NCBI RefSeq assembly: GCF_006345805.1
Contig: NC_043007.1
Span: 12,028,001 to 12,092,000 of the forward strand
Source: Octopus sinensis
Lineage: Eukaryota
Length of the DNA: 64,000 bases
Reading direction: 5' to 3'
Below the pieces are notes generated by a model. It worked only from the letters and a program-made list of their open reading frames with translations. It was not told the DNA's origin and did not search any database. Below, piece after piece: positions 35,198-47,246 of the stretch; the first letter of the stretch is position 1; each line of letters starts with the position of its first letter. The position numbers were made by a program, and so were the translations under genes.

Positions 35198-35337
35198 ACA
35201 TCCATCTCTAGTACAATCTCTACCAATCTGTCACTCTCGTCCTGCACTCTTAGGAAATTACTCAGGCTTTCTTTTCTCCCTAATCAACCATCATGTTCTC
35301 CCTTGTGTTCCCTTTCTTGTACCTTGGTAGTATGCTC

Positions 35338-35936
35338 TGGCGAGCTGGCAGAAACGTTAGCATGCCGAGCGAAATGCATAACCGTATTTTGTCGGCCGTT
35401 ACGTTCTGAGTTCAAATTCCACCAAGGTCGACTTTGCCTTTCATCCTTTCGGGGTCGATAAATTAAGTACCAGTTATGCACTGGGGTTGATGATATCGAC
35501 TTAATCCATTTGTCTGTCCTTGTTTGTCCTCTCTGTGTTTAGCCCCTAGTGGGTAGTAAAGAAATAAGTATTTCGTCTGCCGTTACGTTCTGAGTTCAAA
35601 TTCCGCCGAGGTCGACTTTGCCTTTCATCCTTTTGGGGTCGATTAAATAAGTACCAGTTACGCTCTGGGGTCGATGTAATCGACTTAATACCTCTGTCTG
35701 TCCATGTTTGTCCTCTCTATGTTTAGCGCCTTGTGGGTAATAAAGAAATAGGTATTTCGTCTGCCGTTACGTTCTGAGTTCAAATTCCGCCGAGGTCAAC
35801 TTTGCCTTTCATCCTTTCAGGGTCGATAGATTAAGTACCAGTTACGCACTGGGGTGGATGTAATCGACTTAATCTGTTTGTCTGTCCTTGTTTGTCCTCT
35901 CTGTGTTTAGCCCCTTGTGGGTAGTAAAGAAATAGG
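35338..35936 (+). mobile_element. SINE family C tandem array: one head plus three 184-bp units
   Basis: Units start at 35385, 35569 and 35753 with junction AAAGAAATA(A/G)G|TATTTCGTCTGCC. Confidence 0.9.
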
Positions 35937-36700
35937 TTTGGATCTGGGATGTTGGAAACTAAGATTATAGAGTACAATGTAATGGTCAGAAAGAAGTGTT
36001 TCCTCAACTGAAATATTGTGGATGGAGCTAGAGTGGTTTGTTAATATCAGGCTCAAGATATGTCAGTTTTGTTTTGTTGACTCAAGCACAAATTAGGAGA
36101 AGAAATGATTCATCTGTAAGCTTTAGTTAAGCCATATGTAAAATAACAACACACAATGATTTGTTGAACTATTGTTTATTGTATGTCACACATTTACAAA
36201 TATGAGAAAGAGCAATCCACCCCTGAGGCCCTGGTCTTGTTTTCTGCCTAAGCAGTAGTGCCTTTTTGCGGCTGACTAGTTCAATAACTGGTCTGCAATA
36301 AAAGTCCTCATTGACAGTTTGTCTTTTATGAGCTCATGGGCAATGGCCTACACGTTCATGAAGTTAAATAATATGTCTAATGCTGTTTTGTCTGGAGTTG
36401 AGATGCAATTATCTGGTCTCAGTGTATTTTTAGGTCAGTTCACATAGTGAAGGGTAGAGTCACCCATGAACTAATGTGTTCTCAGATTTGTGTTTTTGGA
36501 GAAGGAACGCACTTTGTTGAGGTACCCACCAGAGCACGGTAGAGGTACTTGAGGAAGCCTACAGTGACAAACTATGGTTAAGTCATTAACCTTATTGTAT
36601 ACTGAGACAGATTTACAGTAACTATTGGAAAATATGTTCTTGGGATCTAAGGCAATGGAATCATGGAGAAAAATGTCTGCTCCTCTTTTATTTCAGCCAG
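35937..36700 (-). mobile_element. Ancient LINE fragment with APE endonuclease end
   Basis: Minus frame HILSLILTNHSSSIHNISVEETLLSDHYIVLYNLSF matches the APE-type LDL(I/V)LTN...SDH motif; left boundary clearer than right. Confidence 0.65.
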
Positions 36701-36949
36701 TGCAGTCTGCATAGATAATAGTGAAAAACTTTACTTTTTCTACTTGGCATCCACAAGGGAGTTGTTTAGGTAGATATTCTTTAGTATAAAGAAAGGGATG
36801 CAGTGTGTCTTTTCAGCAATTTGTGCCTTTTTGGCAATCTGTGTCTTTTCAGCAATCCGTCTTTCTATATACTGAGGCTTCCATTTTTGAGCATTGAATA
36901 AAAATGTTAAAACGAAAGTTGGTTGATGTTTGTCTATATATTCACCTCC

Positions 36950-37116
36950 CACGTTGTGAGTTCAAATTCTGCCGAGGTTGACTTTGCCTTTCATCCTTTC
37001 GGGGTCGATAAATAAAGTACCCGTTACGTACTGGGGTCAATATAATCGACTTAATCCCTTTGTCTGTCCTTGTTTGTCCCCTCTATGTTTAACCCCTTGT
37101 GGGTAATAAAGAAATA
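36950..37116 (+). mobile_element. SINE family C body
   Basis: GAGTTCAAATTCTGCCGAGGTTGACTTTGCCTTTCATCCTTTCGGGGTCGATAAA. Confidence 0.85.
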
Positions 37117-37243
37117 TATATATTCCCCTACCACATGTCCTGAATTTTACAGTTTGTATACTCATCATGGTCTTCATGAAATAATTTCATCATTCAGATC
37201 TTCTGGATTTCAGTTGCATGGATATTCTACATTATACTTCTCG

Positions 37244-38017
37244 GATCTTTTCACTTTGACCGGCAGAATTTTAAAATAATTTCCACGTAACTAAACACTT
37301 TTAAACTTCGTATACTGGTAGAATGTGTTTATAAAACATCTTTTTCTCTTGGCTTTCTTGAGAAAATTCTGTAGTTTTTTAAGCTGTGTGTTGTTTAATT
37401 TCTTGCATTTCGGCAATTTCAACAAATCAATGACGTCTATTGATGTTGAATTCAATTTCTGCCGTAGTGTGTCAACAACAATTATTTACTCTTTTACTCT
37501 TTTACTTGTTTCAGTCATTTGACTGCGGCCATGCTGGAGCACCACCTTTTAGTCGAGCAAATTGACCCCGGGGCTTATTCTTTGTAAGCCCAGTACTTAT
37601 TCTATCGGTCTCTTTTGCCGAACCGCTAAGTGACGGGGACGTAAACACACCAGCATCGGTTGTCAAGCAATGCTAGGAGGACAAACACAGACACACAAAC
37701 ACACACATACATATATATATATACATATATACGACAGGCTTCTTTCAGTTTCCGTCTACCAAATCCACTCACAAGGCTTTGGTCGGCCCGGGGCTATAGC
37801 AGAAGACACTTGCCCAAGATGCCACGCAGTGGGACTGAACCCGGAACCATGTGGTTGGTTAGCAAGCTACTTACCACACAGCCACTCCTGCGGTGTCATA
37901 TGAAAATGTCAAGAGAAAAAGATGTTTTATAAACACATTCTACCAGTATATGAAGTTTAAAAGTGTTTAGTTACAAAGAAATTATTTTAAAAGTCTGCCG
38001 GTCAAAGTGAAAAGATC
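37244..38017. mobile_element. MITE with about 108-bp TIRs, interrupted by a SINE
   Basis: 37244-37351 is the reverse complement of 37910-38017. Confidence 0.8.
37488..37891 (-). mobile_element. SINE family A inside the MITE
   Basis: Reverse complement of 3194-3586. Confidence 0.92.
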
Positions 38018-38124
38018 TCACTTTTCTCACTTGGATTTCTAGGTGAACTGTAAGCTGAATTTGTAAGAGAAGCTATCTGTGATGGCCATGCAATTCTCTG
38101 AATCAGTATCTTATGCTACTCATA

Positions 38125-38375
38125 TGTGTGTGTGTGTATTTGTGTCTCCTTGTTTGAGATCATATGATAGTTGTAAACGAGCGTCACTGTCATACAAGCA
38201 GTGTCCTTCATTTCCAATCTTCAGTGCAAACATGTCTGGCCATGGAGAAAAATATTATCTTACTTGGAAATAGGTGAGAGTTGGTGACAAGAAGGGCATC
38301 TGGCCATAGGAAATCTGTCTCAGTAAATTCTGTCTGACCCATATGAGCTAGAAAGAGGGGACGTTAAATAGATAT
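38125..38375 (+). mobile_element. SINE body with RTE-like tail (A/RTE subfamily)
   Basis: CACTGTCATACAAGCAG...GAAGGGCATCTGGCCATAGGAAATCTG...GGACGTTAAA matches 48940-49188. Confidence 0.65.
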
Positions 38376-38687
38376 GCGCGCGCAAGCGTGTGTGTGTGTG
38401 TGCGTGTGTATTACAAGTATGGGTAAGTTCTTTTATGTAGTCCGTAGTTTCAGTTTAGCTCAATGTCCTCGAAGTTGGCCGAGACCATTTTCGCCAAACT
38501 TAAGTGACTTGTACTCTTGGAAGACTCCGTGTACAAAGGTAATGGTCTTTACTTTCAATTATGTGACGAACTTTCCTCGAATGAAAAGCTAACTGTGAAG
38601 CAAGGGAGATTACTCTAAACTAGTTACCTCCCCTGATAGTTGGTTTGTTGAATTGCAAATTCAATATATTTTTCAAAATGATAAATA

Positions 38688-39120
38688 CAGTGTACCCCTG
38701 TCTATTCGCGGTTCAGCGTTCGCGGTCTCGATTATTCGCGGAACTAATAATCGTTCACGGTCTCGGTTATTCGCGGAACTAATAATTGTTCGCGGAAGCC
38801 ACCACATATTCACGGAATCGTAAATATCATCCGCGATTTTTTATGGCTTTTTTCGTGGCAATATATATTTTTTTCACACTTTTTAAGGCTAAATTATAAA
38901 TAACAATATTTCATATTTGCCGCAGTTGAAGCTCCCTCTCATTAGAATAGCCCCGCATCACACCACTTGATTGTTTTAGATACAAGTATACTGTATCTTG
39001 TATCTCTTATTCCTGCTTTCAATCAAAGCTTGCTAATTAGTTATAACGACTTCTATCTATATTTCACACTCTCTCTCCCGCTCTCGCTGTATTTGTCTCT
39101 CAACAACATCACCGTTGTAG
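38688..39120 (+). mobile_element. Tigger/pogo-type left end
   Basis: TA|CAGTGTACCCCTGTCTATTCGCGG with repeated subterminal TTCGCGG motifs. Confidence 0.6.
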
Positions 39121-39502
39121 TGAACATGTGTATGTATGTATGTATGTATGTATGTATGTATGTATGTATGTATGTATGTATGTGTGTGTGTGTGTATGTA
39201 TGTGTGTGTGTATCTATGTATGTAGGTATGTGTGTGTGTGTGTGTATCTATGTATGTAGGTATGTGTGTGTGTGTGTATCTATGTATGTAGGTATGTGTG
39301 TGTGTGTATGCATGTATGTATGTGTGTGTGTGTGTATGTATGTGTGTGTGTATCTATGTATGTAGGTATGTGTGTGTGTGTGTATCTATGTATGTAGGTA
39401 TGTGTGTGTGTGTATCTATGTATGTAGATATGTGTGTGTGTGTATGCATGTATGTATGTATGTATGTATGTATGTATATATATATATATATTATTTATCT
39501 AT

Positions 39503-40658
39503 CTTTTTTTTTCTTTGTACTTTGCTGCTGCTTTTACTCATGCTTTTGCTAAGGTTAGCTCTCTGGGAATATATGTCAGATATCGATCTTCTGGCCGCCT
39601 CTTTAATCTTCACCGATTTGTTGCCAATTCAAAGGTTTCCCAGTCTATTATTCGTGACCTCCTTTATGCAAATGACTGTGACTTAGTCACTCATGCAGTG
39701 GATGACATGCAAATACTCATGAATTGCATTTCTGCTTCTTGCAGGGCATTTGGACTCAGCATTAGTCTGGACAAGACTGTTGTAATGTTCCAGCCTGCAC
39801 CAGGAAATCCATATATAGAACCAGCTATCTTGGTTGAAGGAACAATTCTGAAGGTAGTAGACAAGTTTGTCTACCTGGGCAGCACACTCAGCCGTTCTTG
39901 CTCCCTGGATGAGGAAATATCTTTCAGGTTGCAGAGAGCAACTAATTCCTTCCGGTCTCTTCAGTCTCGTATCTGGTCCCAACATGGCATCGCAAGGAGA
40001 ACAAAAGTTGCTGTGTACCGTGCTTGTGTACTGACATCGCTTCTCTACTCATGTGAGACATGGACTCTGTACAAACATCAGGTAAGGGTCCTTGAACGTT
40101 TTCATCAGAGATGTCTCAGACACATTCTCAATGTTGGCTGGACCTCAAAAATTCCAGACACACAGATCCTGAGGACAGCTGATATCTTGAGTATTGAGGC
40201 GATGGTACACACCTTATTAGAATGGAGGATAGAAGGATTCCTAGGCAGATGCTCTATGGAGAACTTGTGAATGGAAGGAGACTCCGGCAGAAACCAAGGC
40301 TGCGATTTAAGGACTGTGTCAAGTCTTCATTAAAAGCCTGTGGTATGCAGGACACTAACTGGGAGAACAATGCCTGTCATCGCCACAGATGGAGGAAGCA
40401 GGTTAAGGAGGGGATCGACACTTTTGAGAGAGCACGTATCCAGCATGAAGAACTTAAGCAAGCTGCGCGAAAGCGCATGGCTCGTATAGTGACTGGGGAA
40501 AGCTTGGTCTGCAATGTTTTCAGTCGTGTATGCTTGTCAAGAGCTGGGCTCATTAGCCACCAACGGAGCCGCAAATGCAAAATATAAGTTAGTCCTAGAG
40601 CGCACAATGTTCCTGAAGGTCGGCAATGGTCTTCCTCGGTCACGAGTGGACGGTCATC
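39503..40658 (+). mobile_element. RTE (BovB-like) LINE, 5'-truncated
   Basis: YRSSGRLFNL, DLLYANDC (YADD decayed), FGLSISLDKT, FVYLGSTLS, LLYSCETW, RIPRQMLYGEL, C-terminal C..C.SRAGLISHQR; frameshift near 40220; (CAT) tail. Confidence 0.95.
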
Positions 40659-40674
40659 ATATATATATATATAT

Positions 40675-40706
<32 letters not shown>

Positions 40707-40792
40707 ATATATATATATATATATTATATATATTTATTATATAGAAGGAGCTTCTACAGGACTAGTACTGTTTCATTCAAGAGAAATCTTCA

Positions 40793-40847
40793 GGAGCTTC
40801 CTGAAGATTTCTCTTGAATGAAACAGTACTAGTCCTGTAGAAGCTCC
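40793..40847 (+). ncRNA. Type I hammerhead ribozyme, intact core
   Basis: GGAGCTTC-CTGAAGA-T-TTC(TCTT)GAA-T-GAA-ACAG(TACTAGTC)CTGT-A-GAAGCTCC: 8-bp stem I, 4-bp stem III, GUA triplet, weak stem II with U-U at its base. Confidence 0.72.
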
Positions 40848-40932
40848 TTCTATATAATAAATTAATTTTACTCTGCTATGTATTGAGTACCTATATTTAC
40901 TGTGGTTAACCCCGGTTCAACCCGGGACCTAC

Positions 40933-40963
<31 letters not shown>

Positions 40964-41032
40964 ATATATATATTTATTATATAGAAGGAGCTTCTACAGG
41001 ACTAGTACTGTTTCATTCAAGAGAAATCTTCA

Positions 41033-41087
41033 GGAGCTTCCTGAAGATTTCTCTTGAATGAAACAGTACTAGTCCTGTAGAAGCTCC
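41033..41087 (+). ncRNA. Type I hammerhead ribozyme, second identical copy
   Basis: Identical to 40793-40847. Confidence 0.72.
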
Positions 41088-41378
41088 TCTATATAATAAT
41101 TTTATTTACTCTGCTATGTATTGAGTACTATTATTTACTGTGGTTAACCCCGGTTCAACCGGGACCTACATATATATATATATATATATTATATATATAG
41201 TGTATAGTACCAGTATACTTGGGCTAGTGATAACAGATCAAAGTTATATACAACATGAAACTGAACGTTAACTATTTTCAAAATCATTGGTACATTTGAT
41301 CATACACATTGTTTTTTCAACAGGATAATTTCTAAGGTCGTGAGCCAATATAGCCTCATTGAAATTATGTTACTTACT

Positions 41379-41459
<81 letters not shown>

Positions 41460-41681
41460 TTTATTATTATAGTATAGATTACTGTATCTAGTAGTAATAC
41501 AAACTAAATTTTCCAAAACTATGATTATTTTTAACCTCTGCTCTATCTCCCATTGGTGGTATGCACATATTAGACACAATGAAGATTTTGTAGGTTTTTT
41601 AGGGAAAAGCTATGTCCAATAACTATCTCCAGTATTTTGTTGAGTGCTGTGTTTTTCGCAGCATCTTATTAAAGCCCTAAG

Positions 41682-42135
41682 ATGCCGCCCAAATGCCCTA
41701 CACCTTCTAAGGCTTCTGGCAGTGAACCTAAGCACAAGAAAATGGTTATGACGCTCCATGAGACGGTACAACTGTCGGATATGTTCCAGGAAGGTAAAGT
41801 TATGCTGTATTAGATCGCTATTATGTTGTCAAAGAAAGCACCATATGCTATATAAAGAAGAAGGAGGTGGTGATCAGGATTACTGCAGCAGTATGTTTCT
41901 ATGAAAGTGCCAAAAAGATAAGGATAGTGAGAAATAAGCACTTCGTCAGGATGGAATCTGCCTTGGCATTGTGGATCAATGACTGCAAAAATAAAAACAT
42001 CCCCTTGAGCAGCAACAGCATTCATGAGAAAGCACTGAAATTATACCAGCAGCTCGACAGAGTAGATGGAGCAGAAGACACTGAAGAACTGCAACCAAGA
42101 CCATTGACAGCACCGGAGCCTGAAGATTTTCAAGG
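41682..42135 (+). pseudogene. Tigger/pogo (TIGD-like) transposase N-terminus, CENP-B-type HTH domains
   Basis: MPPK...PKHKKMVMTLHE...KESTICYIKK...RMESALALWINDC..KNIPLSSNSIHEKALKLY; one frameshift near 41800; truncated before the DDE domain. Confidence 0.85.
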
Positions 42136-42164
42136 AAAGTTTTTTGCTATTTTTTGGCAGCGTT

Positions 42165-42450
42165 ACTTGCCAGCGTAGATGACTCTGATCCTTGGTGTGT
42201 ATATGTAGGCCTACGACGTGTACAACTACGGGTTACTCGCCAGCGTAGATGACCCTGATCCTTGGTGTGTATATGTAGGCCTACGATGTGTACAACTACG
42301 GGTTACTCGCCAGCGTAGATGACCCTGATCCTTGATGTGTATATGTAGGCCTACGACGTGTACAACTACGAGTTACTCGCCAGCGTAGATGACCCTGATC
42401 CTTCGTGTGTATATGTAGGCCTACAACGTGTATAACTACGATTTGCTCGC
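42165..42450. repeat. 70-bp tandem repeat, 4 copies
   Basis: CAGCGTAGAT at 42171, 42241, 42311 and 42381; internal palindrome GTAGGCCTAC. Confidence 0.95.
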
Positions 42451-43420
42451 CATTTCAAAATATTTTACAAAAAATTTTGACTAAAAATTTTAAAGAAAAA
42501 TTTCAGAATATTTTTCAAAAATTTTATGAAAATTTTTGGTCAACATTTTTTTAAACTTTTGGTCAAACCGGTTTTCACTGGAAATTTTACCCGAAAATGG
42601 CTTTCCATTCTTTGTGATTTTGGCACAGCTGGCCTTCCATACTTTGTGATTTTGGCACCGCTAGCCTTCCATACTTTGTGATTTTTGCACCGCTGGCCTT
42701 CCATACTTTGGGATTTTTGCACTGCTGGCCTTCCATACTTTGGGATTTTGTCACTGCTGGCCTTCCATACTTTGTGATTTTGGCATTTTCACCGAAAATC
42801 TTACCCAAAAATATTTCGAAAATTTAACCCATAAATTTTTCGAAAATTTTCACTAGACATTTTCAAAAAATTTTTGAAAAAATTTCGACAAAAAATTTTA
42901 AAGAAAAATTTCACAATATTTTTCAAAAATTTTATGAAAATTTTGGTCAAAATTTTTTGAAAGTTTTGGTCAAACCGGTTTAAACTGGTTCAAACCGGTT
43001 CACACCGGTTTAAACCGGTCCAAACCGGATAAACCAGTTCAAACTGGTTTGAACTATTTCAAACCGGTTTAAACCGGATCAAACCAGTTCAAACCGGTTC
43101 AAACCGGATCAAACCAGTTCAAACCGGTTCAAACTGGTTTGAACTGGTTTGACCAAAATTTTGTCCAAAATTTGACCAAACCGGTTTGACCAAAATTTTG
43201 ACAAAACTTTTCAAAATATTTTGCAAAAAATTTTGACCAGTTTTAACCGGTTCGATCCGGATTGAACCGGTATGAACCGGTTTGACCAAAAATTTTTAGC
43301 AAATATATTCAAATTTTTTTTTAAATTTTGACCAAACATTTTAAAGAAAAATTTCAGAATATTTTTCAAAAATTTTATGAAAATTTTTGGTCAAAATTTT
43401 TTTAAACTTTTGGTCAAACC
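42450..43420. repeat. Modular repeat block: three ~85-bp A/T-run modules, six 32-bp units, (AAACCGGTTC)n
   Basis: 32-bp period at 42631, 42663, 42695, 42727, 42759; modules at about 42484, 42893 and 43338; local inverted repeats. Confidence 0.9.
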
Positions 43421-43690
43421 TGAGACTATAGCAGAAGACACTTGCCCAAGGTGCCGTACAGTGGGACTGAACATGGAACCATATGTTTGGGAAGCAGCTT
43501 TCTTATTTTTTTATTGCTCACAAGGGGCTAAACATAGAGGGTACAAACAAGGACAGACAAAGGGATTAAGTCAACTACATTAACTGGTACTTAATTTATA
43601 AAGTCGACCACGGCGGAATTTGAACTCAGAACGTAAGGGCAGACAAAATACCTATTTCTTTATTACCCACAAGGGGCTAAACATAGAGTA
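43420..43690 (-). mobile_element. SINE family A head fragment plus SINE family C fragments
   Basis: GAAGACACTTGCCCAAGG...; AATTTGAACTCAGAACG...AAATACCTATTTCTTTATTACCCACAAGGGG. Confidence 0.75.
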
Positions 43691-45255
43691 TAAGGGACCC
43701 AAATCACAATATTCCCTCTGAACTGGGCACCTGTCTGTCATAGGGTATCTCCTTTACTGTTCTCAATGGATGGAATCTATGTGAAATGAATTGTTTTACA
43801 AAAGAACACATTGGAATATTCAGGAATAGAAACCACAATCTCATGATCATGACAACAACACTTGAACCACTAGGCCACATGGTTTAACGGTGCCACAGAA
43901 GACTTCTGAAATTCTGAAAGTAATTATATAAAATAGTTTAAACTTTGTTAGAATAAAACAATTGAGACCAGATTCAAAGAATCATTTATTCATTGCAGGT
44001 TTTTGGAAATTTTTTTTTTCTGTACATTTCTCACACTTCAGCAACAATAGCCCTTTCAACAATTACACAGTTAATCTTGGATATCAGAAAAAAAAAAAAG
44101 AGTCAACGCTAAATGAAGTAAAAATCATGAATCTCAAACTTATGACAACATTTGAAAAGGAAAAATAAATGAGAAGGCTAAAAAAATCAAAAGAAATATA
44201 TACAAAGAACAGGGTTGTTATCTTGAGGGGAGTATTTTTGTTTTGTTTTGTTTTTTTTTTTGTTTTTTGGCCAATTAAAATGAGAGAAGTGTAGAATATA
44301 ATAAATCTTTAAAATTTTTTTCAAAATATGGTATAATTGATTTATTTCTCAAGATGTCATTTTCCAGCCTCCCACAACCGAAAATGATGCCAAAATATAT
44401 ATATATATAAATAAAATGACTGTGAAAGGCCTTACACGGTAAGCTTTCCCTTTCACAATACAAATTGCAATTTACTTTCTATATATATGTATATATATAT
44501 ATTTGCTTATGAACCTTTTTTCTTTAGCTTAAGAATTATGCCTTATCATCTGGATTGATAGTTGTTTTGATTTGTTTTACTTATTTATAGTGAATAAAAT
44601 GAAATAAAATAAAAATAAGGTGAAAAGGTGGTGGCCAACTTTGTGTATAATTTTATCATACATGAGTGCTTAAATGAATGGAAAAAGAGCCAGGCTAGCA
44701 ATAAATAGCATTGAGACAATTTTGAGCAGAAAATAGCTCAAATCCGTTTGTCTCTAAAAGATTAAGATATCACATAGCGTCCTTAATTTGTTTTTAGGGT
44801 CTTTTATGAGAGGTTTTCATAGAAAGGGGTTTAGTTAAAGGAAGAAGGTCAGTGCACATGATTCTTTTCAGGGCCTCTGAGACAGGTGGGCGGACTCCAC
44901 TAAAGGTATTCAAGGGCCATATAGTAATGTTAAAAACCAGGCAATGGATCAATTCTACCAACCAGCCCAAGATTAAAAAAGGTTTAATCCTATTTCATTA
45001 TAATTTTTTTCTTTAATATGAAAACTAAAAGAAACAAAACATTAAACCATTTCTCTTAAGCGAAGAAACAAGAATTATAATAACGGTTTCTAATTCAGGC
45101 ACAAGGCCAGAAATTTTAAGGGAAATGGCTTAGTCAATACCATCAACTCCAGCACTTAACTGGTACCTCGTTTTATAAAAGGCAAACTACACCTTGATAT
45201 GATTGGAACTCAGAATGCCAAGAGCTGGAACAATTCTACCAATCCATCACTGTTC

Positions 45256-45300
<45 letters not shown>

Positions 45301-45422
45301 TAACAATAAAAGTAATATAATTGATTGTCCTTGATCTTCACCAATTTAATTGGGAAATATTTGGTTGGTGGATTTTTGTAATGATTCCCTAATTTGATTT
45401 GAAAACCTTTTCTATTTATTAG

Positions 45423-45469
45423 GTGACCGGATGTTGTGATGTTCATGCCTTTCTAAAGGCAAGTATAAT
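45423..45469 (+). CDS. Candidate small exon (VTGCCDVHAFLKASI)
   Basis: TTTTCTATTTATTAG acceptor and AAT|GTAAGT donor; one open frame. Confidence 0.2.
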
Positions 45470-47189
45470 GTAAGTGAGATAGTTCCCTGTTGAGAGAACA
45501 TAGACGATGCTGTTCAAGATTTCACCTTTACATTGATTTTTACGCAAATATAAAAAAAAGAATTTATTGATGGTAATTTATCTGAAATATGAAATGGCAA
45601 ATAAAATCAAATCAGATCAGTTGAAATTAATATAAGTTATTTACTACTATCATTAATTTGATTTTCTACAAAATAAAAAAAAAATCATTCAAAGACAATA
45701 AATATTAAATATTCAGATTTCTTAACAGATTGTTCAAATATTTTTCCAATCATGGAGGAAAATTCAAATTTATATTTTTCCATCATCATTTATATATTTC
45801 TTATTTGATTTCATAACAGAAGGGCAGGAATTTAATGAAATTTCCATTTTTCTAATATATTTATGTTCCATTTACCATCACTGAAGCATCCAGAAAGCTC
45901 ACTACATCATCTAAGATAAACCAATTTGGAGTAATTTGTTGTTATTTTTTTTAAATTGTTTATTCATTTTTATTTTATTTTGTTAATTTATATATATATA
46001 TAATATATATTACAGATATATGCAATAAACTAATGCCTAGATAGTTTCTAGCATGTATGGATTAATAGAACAGAAAATAACAAAGATATCACAGAAATAT
46101 TGAATGGGATAAGATAAACATTCAAAAGCATAGGATGCCGTAATCATAACGAGTGAATTAGCCAACGCAGATACAAAATGCATAGACTGTTTGTCTAATT
46201 TTTTAGAGCTAATTGCTAATTTATGTTTGCAATGATGTACAGTTTATTGATAGGTTGTTGCTTCACTTTTGCAATCTTCTGATTAAAAGAAATGCATTTT
46301 AGAGAATCGGTAATTTGAGGTGAAAACATTTAATGAGTAGACAAAGGACACTATGTGATATAATTGTTAGCTTTAGGCACAGAAAACAAATAATAGAAAA
46401 TGAAAGTGAAAGTAATTATAGAAGTTATTCAGCTGCCCATAAATAAATTCTATTTAATGGGGGACGACATCCTAACACTTCCTCAAAAGAAGTAAATCTC
46501 AACAAAAAAAAAAAGAAAAATTAGAAAAATGTGGTATGCCAACTTGTTTGAGGTTTTTCTTATAAATAAAGAAAAGAGAAAAAACTTATTGCTTGACATG
46601 GAATAAATAAACGAATAAATAGATAAATAATTACAAATAAAAAAAATGATTAAATGTGTTACCATTTGCCCTTTAAGTTGGGTCTTTTGCTGTTGACATA
46701 AGTTTTTGTTGTTTTTTTTTCAGACTGAACACAGAACAAGAAATTAGTATCTGAGGTCTTCAAAATATTCGTTTAAAAATAAAAAAAAAAGAAAGAATCA
46801 AATTAAAGGCTCATACTCCAAACATTGGCACAAATGCTATCAGTCTGTGGCAAAGTTGGTGGAAATGGCAAGAAAGTTTTTTTTAATTTTTTTTGCCTTA
46901 GCCCATTCTTACAAACAGCTTTCTGATTCTTTATACTTTGTTTTTGGGGGTTTTTTTGTTGTCGTTTTGTTTTGTTTTGTTTTTGTTTTGTTTAAACTTG
47001 AGAGAAATCACTCTACCATTTATTCATGGCATTTAAAACAAGTAGAAAGCATTAGCAATGTTATGATAATAATAAACGGAAAAAATATTCTGACTTCGTT
47101 TGTTAACATCTTTCATGCTCATTTATCAGATCACACAAAACCGTATCCAATTTTCCAACACAATATTCCTAAAAGTGGCTTATATAATG

Positions 47190-47235
<46 letters not shown>

Positions 47236-47246
47236 TAATAATAATA

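Larger units (their letters stand above)
40732..41180. repeat. 240-bp tandem duplicate, each unit containing a ~130-bp palindrome
   Basis: Lines 40741 and 40981 are identical; palindromes at 40732-40862 and 40972-41100 with a GCT spacer. Confidence 0.95.

Noticed and set aside
40747-40801. Minus-strand mirror hammerheads in the 40.7-41.1 kb palindromes
   Set aside because: Core is present but stem I keeps only 2 bp; not counted as functional.
42165-42450. CRISPR-like array (regular repeat with internal palindrome)
   Set aside because: Units are contiguous 70-mers with no unique spacers, no cas genes, and a eukaryotic context.
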